Part shown: in pieces, positions 28,512-37,074 of the stretch
Layout: each line of letters opens with the position of its first letter
How positions within the stretch are numbered: the stretch's first letter is position 1
Assembly: GCA_028706295.1 (NCBI GenBank)
Contig: JAQWBQ010000009.1
Location: forward strand, 8,110 to 72,109
Reading direction: 5' to 3'
DNA: 64,000 nt
Source: Bacteroidales bacterium
Lineage (GTDB): Bacteria > Bacteroidota > Bacteroidia > Bacteroidales > FEN-979
Notes under the pieces: generated by a model
Told to the model about the DNA's origin: nothing
Databases searched by the model: none
The model's input: only the letters and a program-made list of their open reading frames with translations
Translations under genes and position numbers: made by a program

Positions 28512-29645
28512 TCAGGGCGCTGTTTCGTGATAAAGTTTCAGTACGTTCTCAGCCATGGCTTTCCAGGAAAACCGGGCGGCATTGTCGAACCCGGCCTTGA
28601 TCAGCCGGTCACGGAGATCCTGATCGGAAAGCAGCCGTTTGATGGCAGTTGTTATCTCTTCAGGTTTGAATGGATCGATAAAGAGGGCAGCATTACCGCC
28701 GACTTCAGGCATGGAGCTGGTATTGGAAGTAATTACGGGAACACCACATGCCATTGCCTCGAGCATGGGGATGCCGAAACTTTCACGAAGTGAAGGATAG
28801 AGGAATATGGTACAAAGTCCGTAAATGGCCGGCAATTCCGTATTGGGTACATATCCGGTCAGCTTTATATAGTCTTTCAGGTTGGGATCGCCGATATCGC
28901 CGATCAGTTTATCCAGTGCGGCACGGTCAAAGTCAAGCATAACCAGCGGGATCTTTTCGTCGGAGGATTGAAGGAAGAGTGATAGCGCTTTCAGAACGCC
29001 GGCGGTATTTTTTTTCGGATCGGTATTCCCGAAGAAAAAGAAGAACCGGTCGGGCAGGTTGTACTTTTTCTTTACCCGATCCTGTTCCTGAAGATCGGTA
29101 GCCGGTTTAAAATGTTCACTAACCCCGTTATATATGGCACATAATTTAGCATCGTCAATTTTGAAAAAGCTGGCGATCCGTTTTTTTTCATATTCTGAAA
29201 CAGTAATAATTCTGGAGGCTTTTCTGACGACCTGAGGTACAACCAGTCTTCGGTACATATTTCCGAATTTCTGGTAAGGCGTGAAACCTTTCTTAAGCAG
29301 GCTGAGGCTTTCCATGTAGATGATGTCATGTAAAGTGACGACCAGGGGGATGGCCGTTTGGACAGGGGCCGTATTGCTGGTACAGTGCAACAGAGAACAC
29401 CCGGCTTTTTTTGCGGCATTTGGGAGGGTTATCTGTTCCCATACCGGATAGGGAGCGGAGGGAAGCTCTACTACCTGAAAATTGCCGTTCGATGCGATGC
29501 AACGATCTTCATCTTGTTTAACAAATATGAAATATTCATTCGCATGATCGAGTTTCTGCAGGTTCCTGATCAGTTCCAGGGCCACCATATCCATTCCGTG
29601 TTTCTTGCGACGAAACAGACGCTGCCCTTCGATTCCGATTTTCAT
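28512..29645 (-). CDS. GT4 glycosyltransferase (MtfB-like)
   Basis: VVTLHD, IITVSEYEK, LYPSLRESFGIPMLEAMACGVPVITSN. Probable start is ATG 29645. Confidence 0.92.
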   Translation of the reverse strand: MKIGIEGQRLFRRKKHGMDMVALELIRNLQKLDHANEYFIFVKQDEDRCIASNGNFQVVELPSAPYPVWEQITLPNAAKKAGCSLLHCTSNTAPVQTAIPLVVTLHDIIYMESLSLLKKGFTPYQKFGNMYRRLVVPQVVRKASRIITVSEYEKKRIASFFKIDDAKLCAIYNGVSEHFKPATDLQEQDRVKKKYNLPDRFFFFFGNTDPKKNTAGVLKALSLFLQSSDEKIPLVMLDFDRAALDKLIGDIGDPNLKDYIKLTGYVPNTELPAIYGLCTIFLYPSLRESFGIPMLEAMACGVPVITSNTSSMPEVGGNAALFIDPFKPEEITTAIKRLLSDQDLRDRLIKAGFDNAARFSWKAMAENVLKLYHETAP

Positions 29646-29711
29646 AATGATATTATTAATATTTCGAATATTCAAGTACAGATGCGTACAACCTTCATTA
29701 CACCATTCGGA

Positions 29712-30902
29712 TCATTGGTTTTTTTCATGGTAAGAATGTTCCGTGTGGATAAATGTTTTATTTCCGCCTTTGATTCTCAGGGTTATCAGTATCATCAGCA
29801 GAAAAATCCCGGGAAGCGATATCAGAGCCTGTAGTGTTTTAAGGTTGAAGAACCGCTTCGGGATGGAGATCACCAGGGTAATAAGAATCAGAGAGAGGAT
29901 TCCAGTCCAGCAATAAAAAAATGGCATATCCGGGATGATCAGGTTCAGGGCGCCGATCAGAACCACGATGCCGAGGAGTAAAATTCTGGGGGGCAGGGAG
30001 AATTGAAGCGTTTTATCAAAGTAATCCAGATTCCCGTGCCTGAAAAGATGATAAACAGATTTCAGAAAGTCTCTGCCAAAGAAATAGATTTGCGATGAAA
30101 TCCATCGCTTACGCTGTTTATAAAAAACATGGGCATTCTGAACTTTTTCGTCCAGAACAAAGGCATTGTTCAGGTATTCAATCCGGATGTTATCGTGAAG
30201 CAGCATCAGCTCCAGTTCTTTGTCGAACCCTCCTACGGCGTTTAGTTTCGGAATGTACTTGCGAAACAAACTTACATCAAAGACCATGGCCGATCCGATG
30301 AGGGCTGAGGAGAGTCCGAGCGCCCGGTGACCATTCCTGAAAATATTGTTGTTAATCTCTTCGCTGATGGCATCAAGCAGTGCAAAGGAGGTATTCGTAT
30401 TTTTCGCGATCCGGTGACATTGAATGACACCGGCCCCTGATTCGGCTGCTTCATTTATTTTCTGTAAAAAACGATCCTCCATGAGGTTGTCGGCATCGAG
30501 GATCAGGATAACCTCCGTTTCAGGTAAAAGATGTTCCAGGGCAAGTTGCAGGGACTTGGCTTTGGTGCTTTTTTCAAACTTTACTTCCACGAGTTGTATC
30601 GGGAAGCCTTTGAGTTTTTCGAGGGTATCCTGCTGAAAGGTATCGGCAATAAGCAGGATATTAAAATGTTCCGAAGGATAATCCTGTTCAAGGGCTGACC
30701 GTACGACATCCAGGATCACGGGATCTTCCATGAAGGCAGGAATGACAACGGTGATGTGCCGGTTGCGATCGGAGGTGTATTTTTTTCCGGGTCCGCTCAG
30801 AGATCCAGCGAGGGCGAATACAAAGAGGTACAGCGTGGTGCCCCCGAAATAGATGAGCATCACGATCTGGATTATCCGAATAATATTTTCGATTAGCTCC
30901 AT
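29712..30902 (-). CDS. GT2 glycosyltransferase, membrane-bound
   Basis: VVIPAFMED, IAD, TKAKSL, ILDADNLM, GFDKELE, VLDEK, QRKRWI. Confidence 0.9.
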   Translation of the reverse strand: MELIENIIRIIQIVMLIYFGGTTLYLFVFALAGSLSGPGKKYTSDRNRHITVVIPAFMEDPVILDVVRSALEQDYPSEHFNILLIADTFQQDTLEKLKGFPIQLVEVKFEKSTKAKSLQLALEHLLPETEVILILDADNLMEDRFLQKINEAAESGAGVIQCHRIAKNTNTSFALLDAISEEINNNIFRNGHRALGLSSALIGSAMVFDVSLFRKYIPKLNAVGGFDKELELMLLHDNIRIEYLNNAFVLDEKVQNAHVFYKQRKRWISSQIYFFGRDFLKSVYHLFRHGNLDYFDKTLQFSLPPRILLLGIVVLIGALNLIIPDMPFFYCWTGILSLILITLVISIPKRFFNLKTLQALISLPGIFLLMILITLRIKGGNKTFIHTEHSYHEKNQ

Positions 30903-30915
30903 ATCGTTCTCCTCT

Positions 30916-32109
30916 TTATGGTTTTTCTTTGGTTACTCCGTGCGTAGTATGGCCGAACCCTTTTTTTGCCTTGAAAATCCTGAACAGGGAACCCATCATA
31001 ACGAGAAATCCTTTTGGAAGGAGCATTACCGCTTTCAGGGTTTGCAGGTTAAAATAGGGTCGCGGAACAGCAATCAGTAAGGTAAACGATGTTATCAAAG
31101 TAATGCCAATCCATCCCAGGGTCCACAACATCGGGTTAAAAAATAAAGATAAGACCGAGATGATAAAAAGAAAACCGATCAGGAAGATTCTCGGCGGGAG
31201 AAATTGCTGGAATACCTTATCGAAATAATCGATGTTTCCGTTTACAAAAAGTTCCCTGATACTCGAAAAGAAATATTGGCGGGCGTATATGATCTGGTTT
31301 GCAATCCAGCGGGTCCGTTGTACCAGGAAAACATTCGATTTCTGAACCTTTTCATCGTACACCCGGGCATCTTCGCGATATTCGATGGTATACTTATTTT
31401 TCAGAAGTTTAATTTCCAATTCTTTATCTTCACCAAAAGAATCGATCGTCGACATATAGGATTTGAATAGCCCGTAATCGAAGGCCATGCCACTGCCAAT
31501 CAGCGCCGAAGAAATACCGGCCACCCGGTGTCCTTTTCTGAAAATATGGTTATTGATCTCTTCGCTGACTGAATCGAGAATTGCGAACGAGGTATTCCTG
31601 TTTTTCGACATCCGGTGGCCCTGAATGGCAAGGTATCCGGCCGAAAGCGAATCGTTCATCAGAGTGATGAAATTATGTTCCATGAGGTTGTCGGCATCGA
31701 GAATGACGGCCGCATCATAATCATCAGGAAGCAGGCTCATGGCTTTATTCAGGGCTCTTGCTTTTGAGCTCTTTTCAAATGACACTTCGACAACACGGAT
31801 CGGTAATTTCTTCAGCTCGGTGAGGGTTTCGGCTTTAAACGAATCAGCAATAATGATTACTTCAAAGCATGACGACGGGTAATCCTGATCGAGTGCCTGC
31901 CTGGCAACGTCAACGATCACGGCATCTTCTTTATAACCCGGTATTAAAACCGCGAATTTCCTGAGTCGCTCGTCTTTCTTTTTTTTGGGATGGTAGGTGA
32001 ATAGGCCGGCCATGGAAAAGAAAGCAAAGTACAGCACGGCAATCAGAAAATAAAAGAAAAGAACCGCTTGCAGGATGTTAATAATTATAATCAGCGTTTC
32101 TCCGACCAT
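30916..32109 (-). CDS. GT2 glycosyltransferase, paralog of 29712-30902
   Basis: VLIPGYKED, SKARALN, ILDADNLM, GEDKELE, VYDEK, QRTRWI. Start is ATG 32109, downstream of a -7 element. Confidence 0.88.
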   Translation of the reverse strand: MVGETLIIIINILQAVLFFYFLIAVLYFAFFSMAGLFTYHPKKKKDERLRKFAVLIPGYKEDAVIVDVARQALDQDYPSSCFEVIIIADSFKAETLTELKKLPIRVVEVSFEKSSKARALNKAMSLLPDDYDAAVILDADNLMEHNFITLMNDSLSAGYLAIQGHRMSKNRNTSFAILDSVSEEINNHIFRKGHRVAGISSALIGSGMAFDYGLFKSYMSTIDSFGEDKELEIKLLKNKYTIEYREDARVYDEKVQKSNVFLVQRTRWIANQIIYARQYFFSSIRELFVNGNIDYFDKVFQQFLPPRIFLIGFLFIISVLSLFFNPMLWTLGWIGITLITSFTLLIAVPRPYFNLQTLKAVMLLPKGFLVMMGSLFRIFKAKKGFGHTTHGVTKEKP

Positions 32110-32144
32110 GGTATATCTGTTATGAAAAATTGAACGGCATATGG

Positions 32145-32152
32145 CAAATTTA
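32145..32152 (-). promoter_or_regulatory. Internal -7 element inside the polysaccharide locus
   Basis: CAAATTTA on + equals TAAATTTG on -, in the 74-nt gap before ATG 32109. Confidence 0.55.
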
Positions 32153-32183
32153 ATCAAAAGTGATTTGAAAACAAACCGGATAA

Positions 32184-33107
32184 TTATAAATACGGATTGT
32201 TATGAATTTGGGCGCTTAAGGATCTCTTGAGGTGCCAACCAATCGCCCTGACATAGGCATAAAACAACGAGAACCGGCCTTTCAACAGGTATTTAAGGGC
32301 ATTCCGGGGAATGGCAACCAGGAGCTGGTACAACAATCCGATGAAAAAATCAGTTCCAAAAACGTTTCTCCGCATGAAGACAATTCGGTTCCGGTTAAGG
32401 TAGTAAATTTTCATCGGGCTTAATTTTCCGACTGAAACAGATTCTTTATGATAGACGAGTGAATTGTATACATAATAAATTTTATAACCGGCCCGCTTGA
32501 TCCTGTAACTCCAATCAGCTTCTTCATAATAGAGGAAAAATATATACGACATCAGTCCGATTTCCCTGATCACCCTCATCGGAACCATCATTGCTGCTCC
32601 ATGGGCATAAGCCGTTTCAGTATCCCGGTCATGTTGTCCTACATCCTTTTCCCGGTAACCGATCGCGAAGTTGCGCATCGTGTGGTGGTTAATGGGTGTA
32701 TATCCTGCATATTGGATGATGTTCCGGTCATAATAGAAACGAAGTTTGGAACTGACAGCTCCAATGGTCTTATCGGATTCCAGTTTTTCGACCAGGGGTT
32801 CCAGAAAACCTTTGTCAACAATCGTATCGTTGTTTAAAAGGAGCACGTACTCTCCCCGGGCCCGCATGATACCCTGGTTATTGCCACCCGCGAATCCGTA
32901 ATTGATAATACTTTCATAGAGGATGACCGACGGAAACCGTTGTTTGATGATTTTCGGATTATCATCGGGGGAGGCGTTGTCGATTATGATAATCTCAATG
33001 TTGGGATAGGTGATTTTGGTAAGCGATTCGATGAACTCGCAGGTATCCTCCGATCCGTTATAGTTCACGGAAACGATTGAGACCAGTGGATACCTTTTTT
33101 GAGCCAT
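32184..33107 (-). CDS. GT2 glycosyltransferase (rhamnosyltransferase-like)
   Basis: SIVSVNYN, IDNASPD, GFAGGNN, LLNNDT, HGAAMM, YYEEADW, YHKES. Confidence 0.9.
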   Translation of the reverse strand: MAQKRYPLVSIVSVNYNGSEDTCEFIESLTKITYPNIEIIIIDNASPDDNPKIIKQRFPSVILYESIINYGFAGGNNQGIMRARGEYVLLLNNDTIVDKGFLEPLVEKLESDKTIGAVSSKLRFYYDRNIIQYAGYTPINHHTMRNFAIGYREKDVGQHDRDTETAYAHGAAMMVPMRVIREIGLMSYIFFLYYEEADWSYRIKRAGYKIYYVYNSLVYHKESVSVGKLSPMKIYYLNRNRIVFMRRNVFGTDFFIGLLYQLLVAIPRNALKYLLKGRFSLFYAYVRAIGWHLKRSLSAQIHNNPYL

Positions 33108-33129
33108 CTTGGATCGGTTTTTCCCGGTT

Positions 33130-34068
33130 TCAGGTATTCAGATGCGGGCTTTGATGCAATGCGGGATTGCAGCAGTTTTTCAGATGCCATCCCATGGCTC
33201 GGGCGTAAGCTTTAAACAGGCTGAACTGGCCTTTAAGCAGGAAGACCGAGAGGTTTTTAGGAACGGCAATAAAAATCTGATACAGGATTGACAGGAGCGC
33301 TGTTTTCCCGTGAATATTCCGTCGCATGTAAAGGATGCGACCGCGGTTCAGGTAGTAGATCTTTAACGGACTGAGGCTTCCTGTGGTAATGGAGTCCTTA
33401 TGATAAACGATGGAATTGTGAATGTACAGGATCCTGTAACCGGCGTCCCTGATCCGTTGTATCCAATCGAGTTCTTCGTAGTACAGAAAGAAAATATCGG
33501 CCATCAGCCCAACTTTTTTCACTACCTGAACCGGAAGGAGCATGGCGGCACCGAATGCGAAGCTGGTTTCCCGGTCTTCGTCGTATTGTCCATCATCTTT
33601 TTCATTGAAACCAATGCCGCGATTACGGATGGTTATGGGATTCATGGGCGTGAAGCCGGCAAACTGGATGGTATCTTTTTGGTAAAAATATCTGATTTTC
33701 GGACTGACAGCTCCGATAGTCGGGTCGCGTTCAAGTTTTTGAATCAGCGGTTCGAGAAATCCGGGTTCTACCTCCGTATCGTTGTTGATCAGGAGCAGGT
33801 AGGAACCATGTGCTTCGTGGATTCCCAGGTTGTTCCCGCCGGCAAATCCCAGATTGGCATTGCTTCGGATCAGCCGCACCTTGGGAAACTGTTCGGCGAT
33901 CATATCCGGGGGACGCGTGGGAGAGGCGTTGTCGACAACAATTATTTCGATTGAAGGGTAGGTGATTTTGCTCAGTGAACGCAGCAGTTCGCAGGTCACT
34001 TCCGGTTGGTCATAATTAACGGTGACGATGGTCACCAACGGTAATAATACGGATTTGGGATCATCCAT
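33130..34068 (-). CDS. GT2 glycosyltransferase, paralog of 32184-33107
   Basis: TIVTVNYD, VDNASP, GFAGGNN, LINNDT, FGAAML, YYEELDW, YHKDS. Confidence 0.9.
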   Translation of the reverse strand: MDDPKSVLLPLVTIVTVNYDQPEVTCELLRSLSKITYPSIEIIVVDNASPTRPPDMIAEQFPKVRLIRSNANLGFAGGNNLGIHEAHGSYLLLINNDTEVEPGFLEPLIQKLERDPTIGAVSPKIRYFYQKDTIQFAGFTPMNPITIRNRGIGFNEKDDGQYDEDRETSFAFGAAMLLPVQVVKKVGLMADIFFLYYEELDWIQRIRDAGYRILYIHNSIVYHKDSITTGSLSPLKIYYLNRGRILYMRRNIHGKTALLSILYQIFIAVPKNLSVFLLKGQFSLFKAYARAMGWHLKNCCNPALHQSPHLNT

Positions 34069-34201
34069 TCAGCCGTTCCTCCCTTTTTTTGTCCTCGGCA
34101 GCTTTTTTTGCCGCTTTCTGATCCTGGTACCAGGCGGCAATGACACCGATGGGCGTAAACAGTACCAGACCGATCAACATATGTACAACTACTCCTTCCA
34201 T
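34061..34201 (-). CDS. Small 46-aa single-pass membrane protein (not in ORF track)
   Basis: MEGVVVHMLIGLVLFTPIGVIAAWYQDQKAAKKAAEDKKREERLNG*. Starts 6 nt after the upstream stop and overlaps the next ATG by 8 nt. Confidence 0.75.
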   Translation of the reverse strand: MEGVVVHMLIGLVLFTPIGVIAAWYQDQKAAKKAAEDKKREERLNG

Positions 34202-34207
34202 ACTGGA

Positions 34208-35680
34208 TTATGATATTGTATTTGATTTTTGTTCAAGAATCATCTGATCGAGGCCGGGGGCAAGGAATACATAGGCCATACTGGCATAAATCAACAAACC
34301 GGTCGGGAACTGGCCAAGAACCGCGTTGCCGTAACTTGCAACCATGATACCGAAGATTCCGCACAACAGCGCACTTATTTTGACCAGGAGTTCGGGATCT
34401 CTGATTTTGACCATACAGATATAACATCCCTTTCCGATGATATAGCCTAGAATAAACAGGTGAAGGTACAGTCCGATAATTCCGCATTCGGCCCAAATCA
34501 ACACGAACCAGCTATCGGTCGCGACACTTGATAGGAACGTTCCAGGGGTGTAAGCCTGGGCACGGTCGCCTGCATGGCCGATGCCTCCTCCGAAAGGCCT
34601 GGTTTTCAGATATTCCTGAAAGAGCCGTTGGTTTTTTATACGCACAAGGTATGACGCGTCCTGTTCCGGAACGAAGGCGGTTCGCATCCGGTAAATCTGG
34701 TAGTTGCTGTTACCCAGGGTTGTGAACCGCATGAAAGAATAGAATATGATCATAACAACGGTTCCAATCAGGATGACCTTAAAATTCTTACGCAGGATTA
34801 TGTACAGCGCCAGTCCTCCCATGGGAACAAAAATAGCTCCCCGGGTTCCAGAGGCCGACATCCCGTAGAAGCCTGTTATCATCACAGCAATCCAGAACAA
34901 TCTCTTTTTAAAATTCTTTTCACTCATCATCATGATGGCGCCGATGAGTCCGATCTGTCCCTGAGCCGCCCCGAATTGCCCGGCGTCGGTGTAAAACGAA
35001 AAAGCCCGCAGGTTGCCCCAGATTATATGTGTAATACCTCCAACTTCATCCAGCCACCGCTGTTCCCATGGATCCACTCCGATATTTAACTGGATCCATC
35101 CTTTAATTCCGGCGAGTATCGAAAATACGCCCCAGATGGTCAAAAATTTATCGAGGTGCTTCGGAGAATTGTATAGTAAATAGACCAGCGGGATGGTCAG
35201 GATCATGTAGAATGCGATTCCCCGGAATGCCGAAAACCAGGCTGTTTTACTGATGGCCTCAGGGTTAAAAAATTCCAGGCAGATATATAGGAACCAGATC
35301 AGCGACAGGATTATCAGATCGGATTTCAGGGAAGTGATGTTAAGTTTTTTATCAAAATAGTGAAAAAATATGGCCACATAGATAACGATCTCAGTAATAT
35401 CCATCAAATATCCCATCTTGATCGGGACATAGCGCTGAACGCCCATTAAAAGGAAATTGATGATAAATGCAAAGGTCAGTCCGATTTCGGGTTTTGCGAT
35501 AACCCGGTTAAGGGCATAAACGATAACGGGAAGGGCCATCAGGGCAGATGCGATGGTAAATCCGCCGCGGGCAATGACGAAACCGATACCAATGGCCATA
35601 ACAAGGATCGATCCGGCTAAAAACGGATTTTTCAACCGGTCGGCTCCTGTTCTTTCATGAAATGGATTTAACGACTCCAC
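34208..35680 (-). CDS. O-antigen ligase/Wzy polymerase-like membrane protein
   Basis: About 12 TM segments, SGTRGA, periplasmic loop PFGGGIG...DSWFVLIWAECGIIG. Confidence 0.8.
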   Translation of the reverse strand: MESLNPFHERTGADRLKNPFLAGSILVMAIGIGFVIARGGFTIASALMALPVIVYALNRVIAKPEIGLTFAFIINFLLMGVQRYVPIKMGYLMDITEIVIYVAIFFHYFDKKLNITSLKSDLIILSLIWFLYICLEFFNPEAISKTAWFSAFRGIAFYMILTIPLVYLLYNSPKHLDKFLTIWGVFSILAGIKGWIQLNIGVDPWEQRWLDEVGGITHIIWGNLRAFSFYTDAGQFGAAQGQIGLIGAIMMMSEKNFKKRLFWIAVMITGFYGMSASGTRGAIFVPMGGLALYIILRKNFKVILIGTVVMIIFYSFMRFTTLGNSNYQIYRMRTAFVPEQDASYLVRIKNQRLFQEYLKTRPFGGGIGHAGDRAQAYTPGTFLSSVATDSWFVLIWAECGIIGLYLHLFILGYIIGKGCYICMVKIRDPELLVKISALLCGIFGIMVASYGNAVLGQFPTGLLIYASMAYVFLAPGLDQMILEQKSNTIS

Positions 35681-35686
35681 ACCTTG

Positions 35687-37072
35687 CTATGGTTGTTGGT
35701 TAATCCGGAATACCCGAAAAATGTAATTTCTGTAGAAAAAGTATCCTTTCCTGAAAATGTCAATGAAGGAGATTTCGATTTCCTGCCGCAGGAAACGATA
35801 TCCTACGACGATGCCAATAATCGAGAAGATGATGGATGCAATGGCAACAAAAAACAGGATGGTGGTAACTGGCATTTCGGGAAACAGATAATGCATGCCA
35901 AAAACGGCAAAAATATCACCCAGGATATTGGCGGTGGTCATATAGATCACTTTCTGGAAATTTCGCTGGGGTTTATTCAGGCTGTCGAGCGCCACCCCGG
36001 TGAAACGGTCTAACGGCAACAGTACGCAGTAGATAATCATGGCAATCATGACATAGGAGAGGGGAGTAAGGAGCTCGCGATACTGGTTACCGCCGATAAA
36101 CAGGATGAATAACTTGTTAAATATCAAACTGACAAGTGCGATGGCAATGAACAGGTAAGCAACAATTCCGGTGTAGGAATAGTAGATGTCTTTAAAACGC
36201 TGCATGTTGTTATTGAGGCTCTCTTTCGACAACTTTGGAAAGGCGGTGGTCGCAAAGCTGATCAGTGGAATTTCGATTAGTTCCACATATTTGAGCGGTA
36301 TGGCATACATCGCGACACCGGCAGGGCCGCAATAGGCGCTGAAGGAGATGATGAAACTGTCGGCACCTTTGAGAAGACTGCTGCCGACCTTGGTCCCCAT
36401 CGAGAACTGGCCGTATCGCAATACTTCCTTCATTTTAACTTTGGTAAAGTAGCGAAGGTACTCCAGGCCCGTCCACTTACGTATAATGCAAAAGAGGGAG
36501 GTTGCCAGGTTGGTCAGAAGATAAATCATAACAACCACGGTAATAGTGATATCGGTGAGCAGGTATGCGATAAAAATGATGACCAGGAAGGAACAAAGGT
36601 TGAAAAATCTGATCCAGAATATCTTACCAAATTGAAGTTCAGCCTGGAAGATGGTCCAGGCATAGTTCCATGGCAGGTTAATCAGGGCAAGAACGGGGTA
36701 CCAGTAACAGAAAACATCATAACCACTGCTTTCCAGAGTTCCCGGAATGATCAGCGTCAGGGCCCAAAGGATTGCTGTAATCGGTATAAGGATCAGAAAA
36801 CCGATGATCCAGCTTGATCCCAGGTAGTATTTGCGGTCTTCGGGCGTGGGTGAGGAGAGAAACCGTACCAGGGCTTCTTTACTAAGTCCGAACCTGAGCA
36901 TGTCGATGAGAGAAGCCGGCGCCGTAAAAAGTACCCATTTCCCGAAATCCGGGATGGAAAGCATTCTCATCAGGATCATGAAGGAAAGCAAACCCATCAC
37001 AGCCGTTGACAGATTGGCTGCTAATGAGAGAAAATTCAGGTCATTAACCAGTTTTAGGAGTCTCGTTTTCAA
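35687..37072 (-). CDS. Wzx-like oligosaccharide flippase
   Basis: Multi-TM PST pattern: RMLSIPDFGKW, IDMLRFGL, GVAMYAIPLKY, TTAFPKLS. Confidence 0.8.
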   Translation of the reverse strand: MKTRLLKLVNDLNFLSLAANLSTAVMGLLSFMILMRMLSIPDFGKWVLFTAPASLIDMLRFGLSKEALVRFLSSPTPEDRKYYLGSSWIIGFLILIPITAILWALTLIIPGTLESSGYDVFCYWYPVLALINLPWNYAWTIFQAELQFGKIFWIRFFNLCSFLVIIFIAYLLTDITITVVVMIYLLTNLATSLFCIIRKWTGLEYLRYFTKVKMKEVLRYGQFSMGTKVGSSLLKGADSFIISFSAYCGPAGVAMYAIPLKYVELIEIPLISFATTAFPKLSKESLNNNMQRFKDIYYSYTGIVAYLFIAIALVSLIFNKLFILFIGGNQYRELLTPLSYVMIAMIIYCVLLPLDRFTGVALDSLNKPQRNFQKVIYMTTANILGDIFAVFGMHYLFPEMPVTTILFFVAIASIIFSIIGIVVGYRFLRQEIEISFIDIFRKGYFFYRNYIFRVFRINQQP

Positions 37073-37074
37073 AA

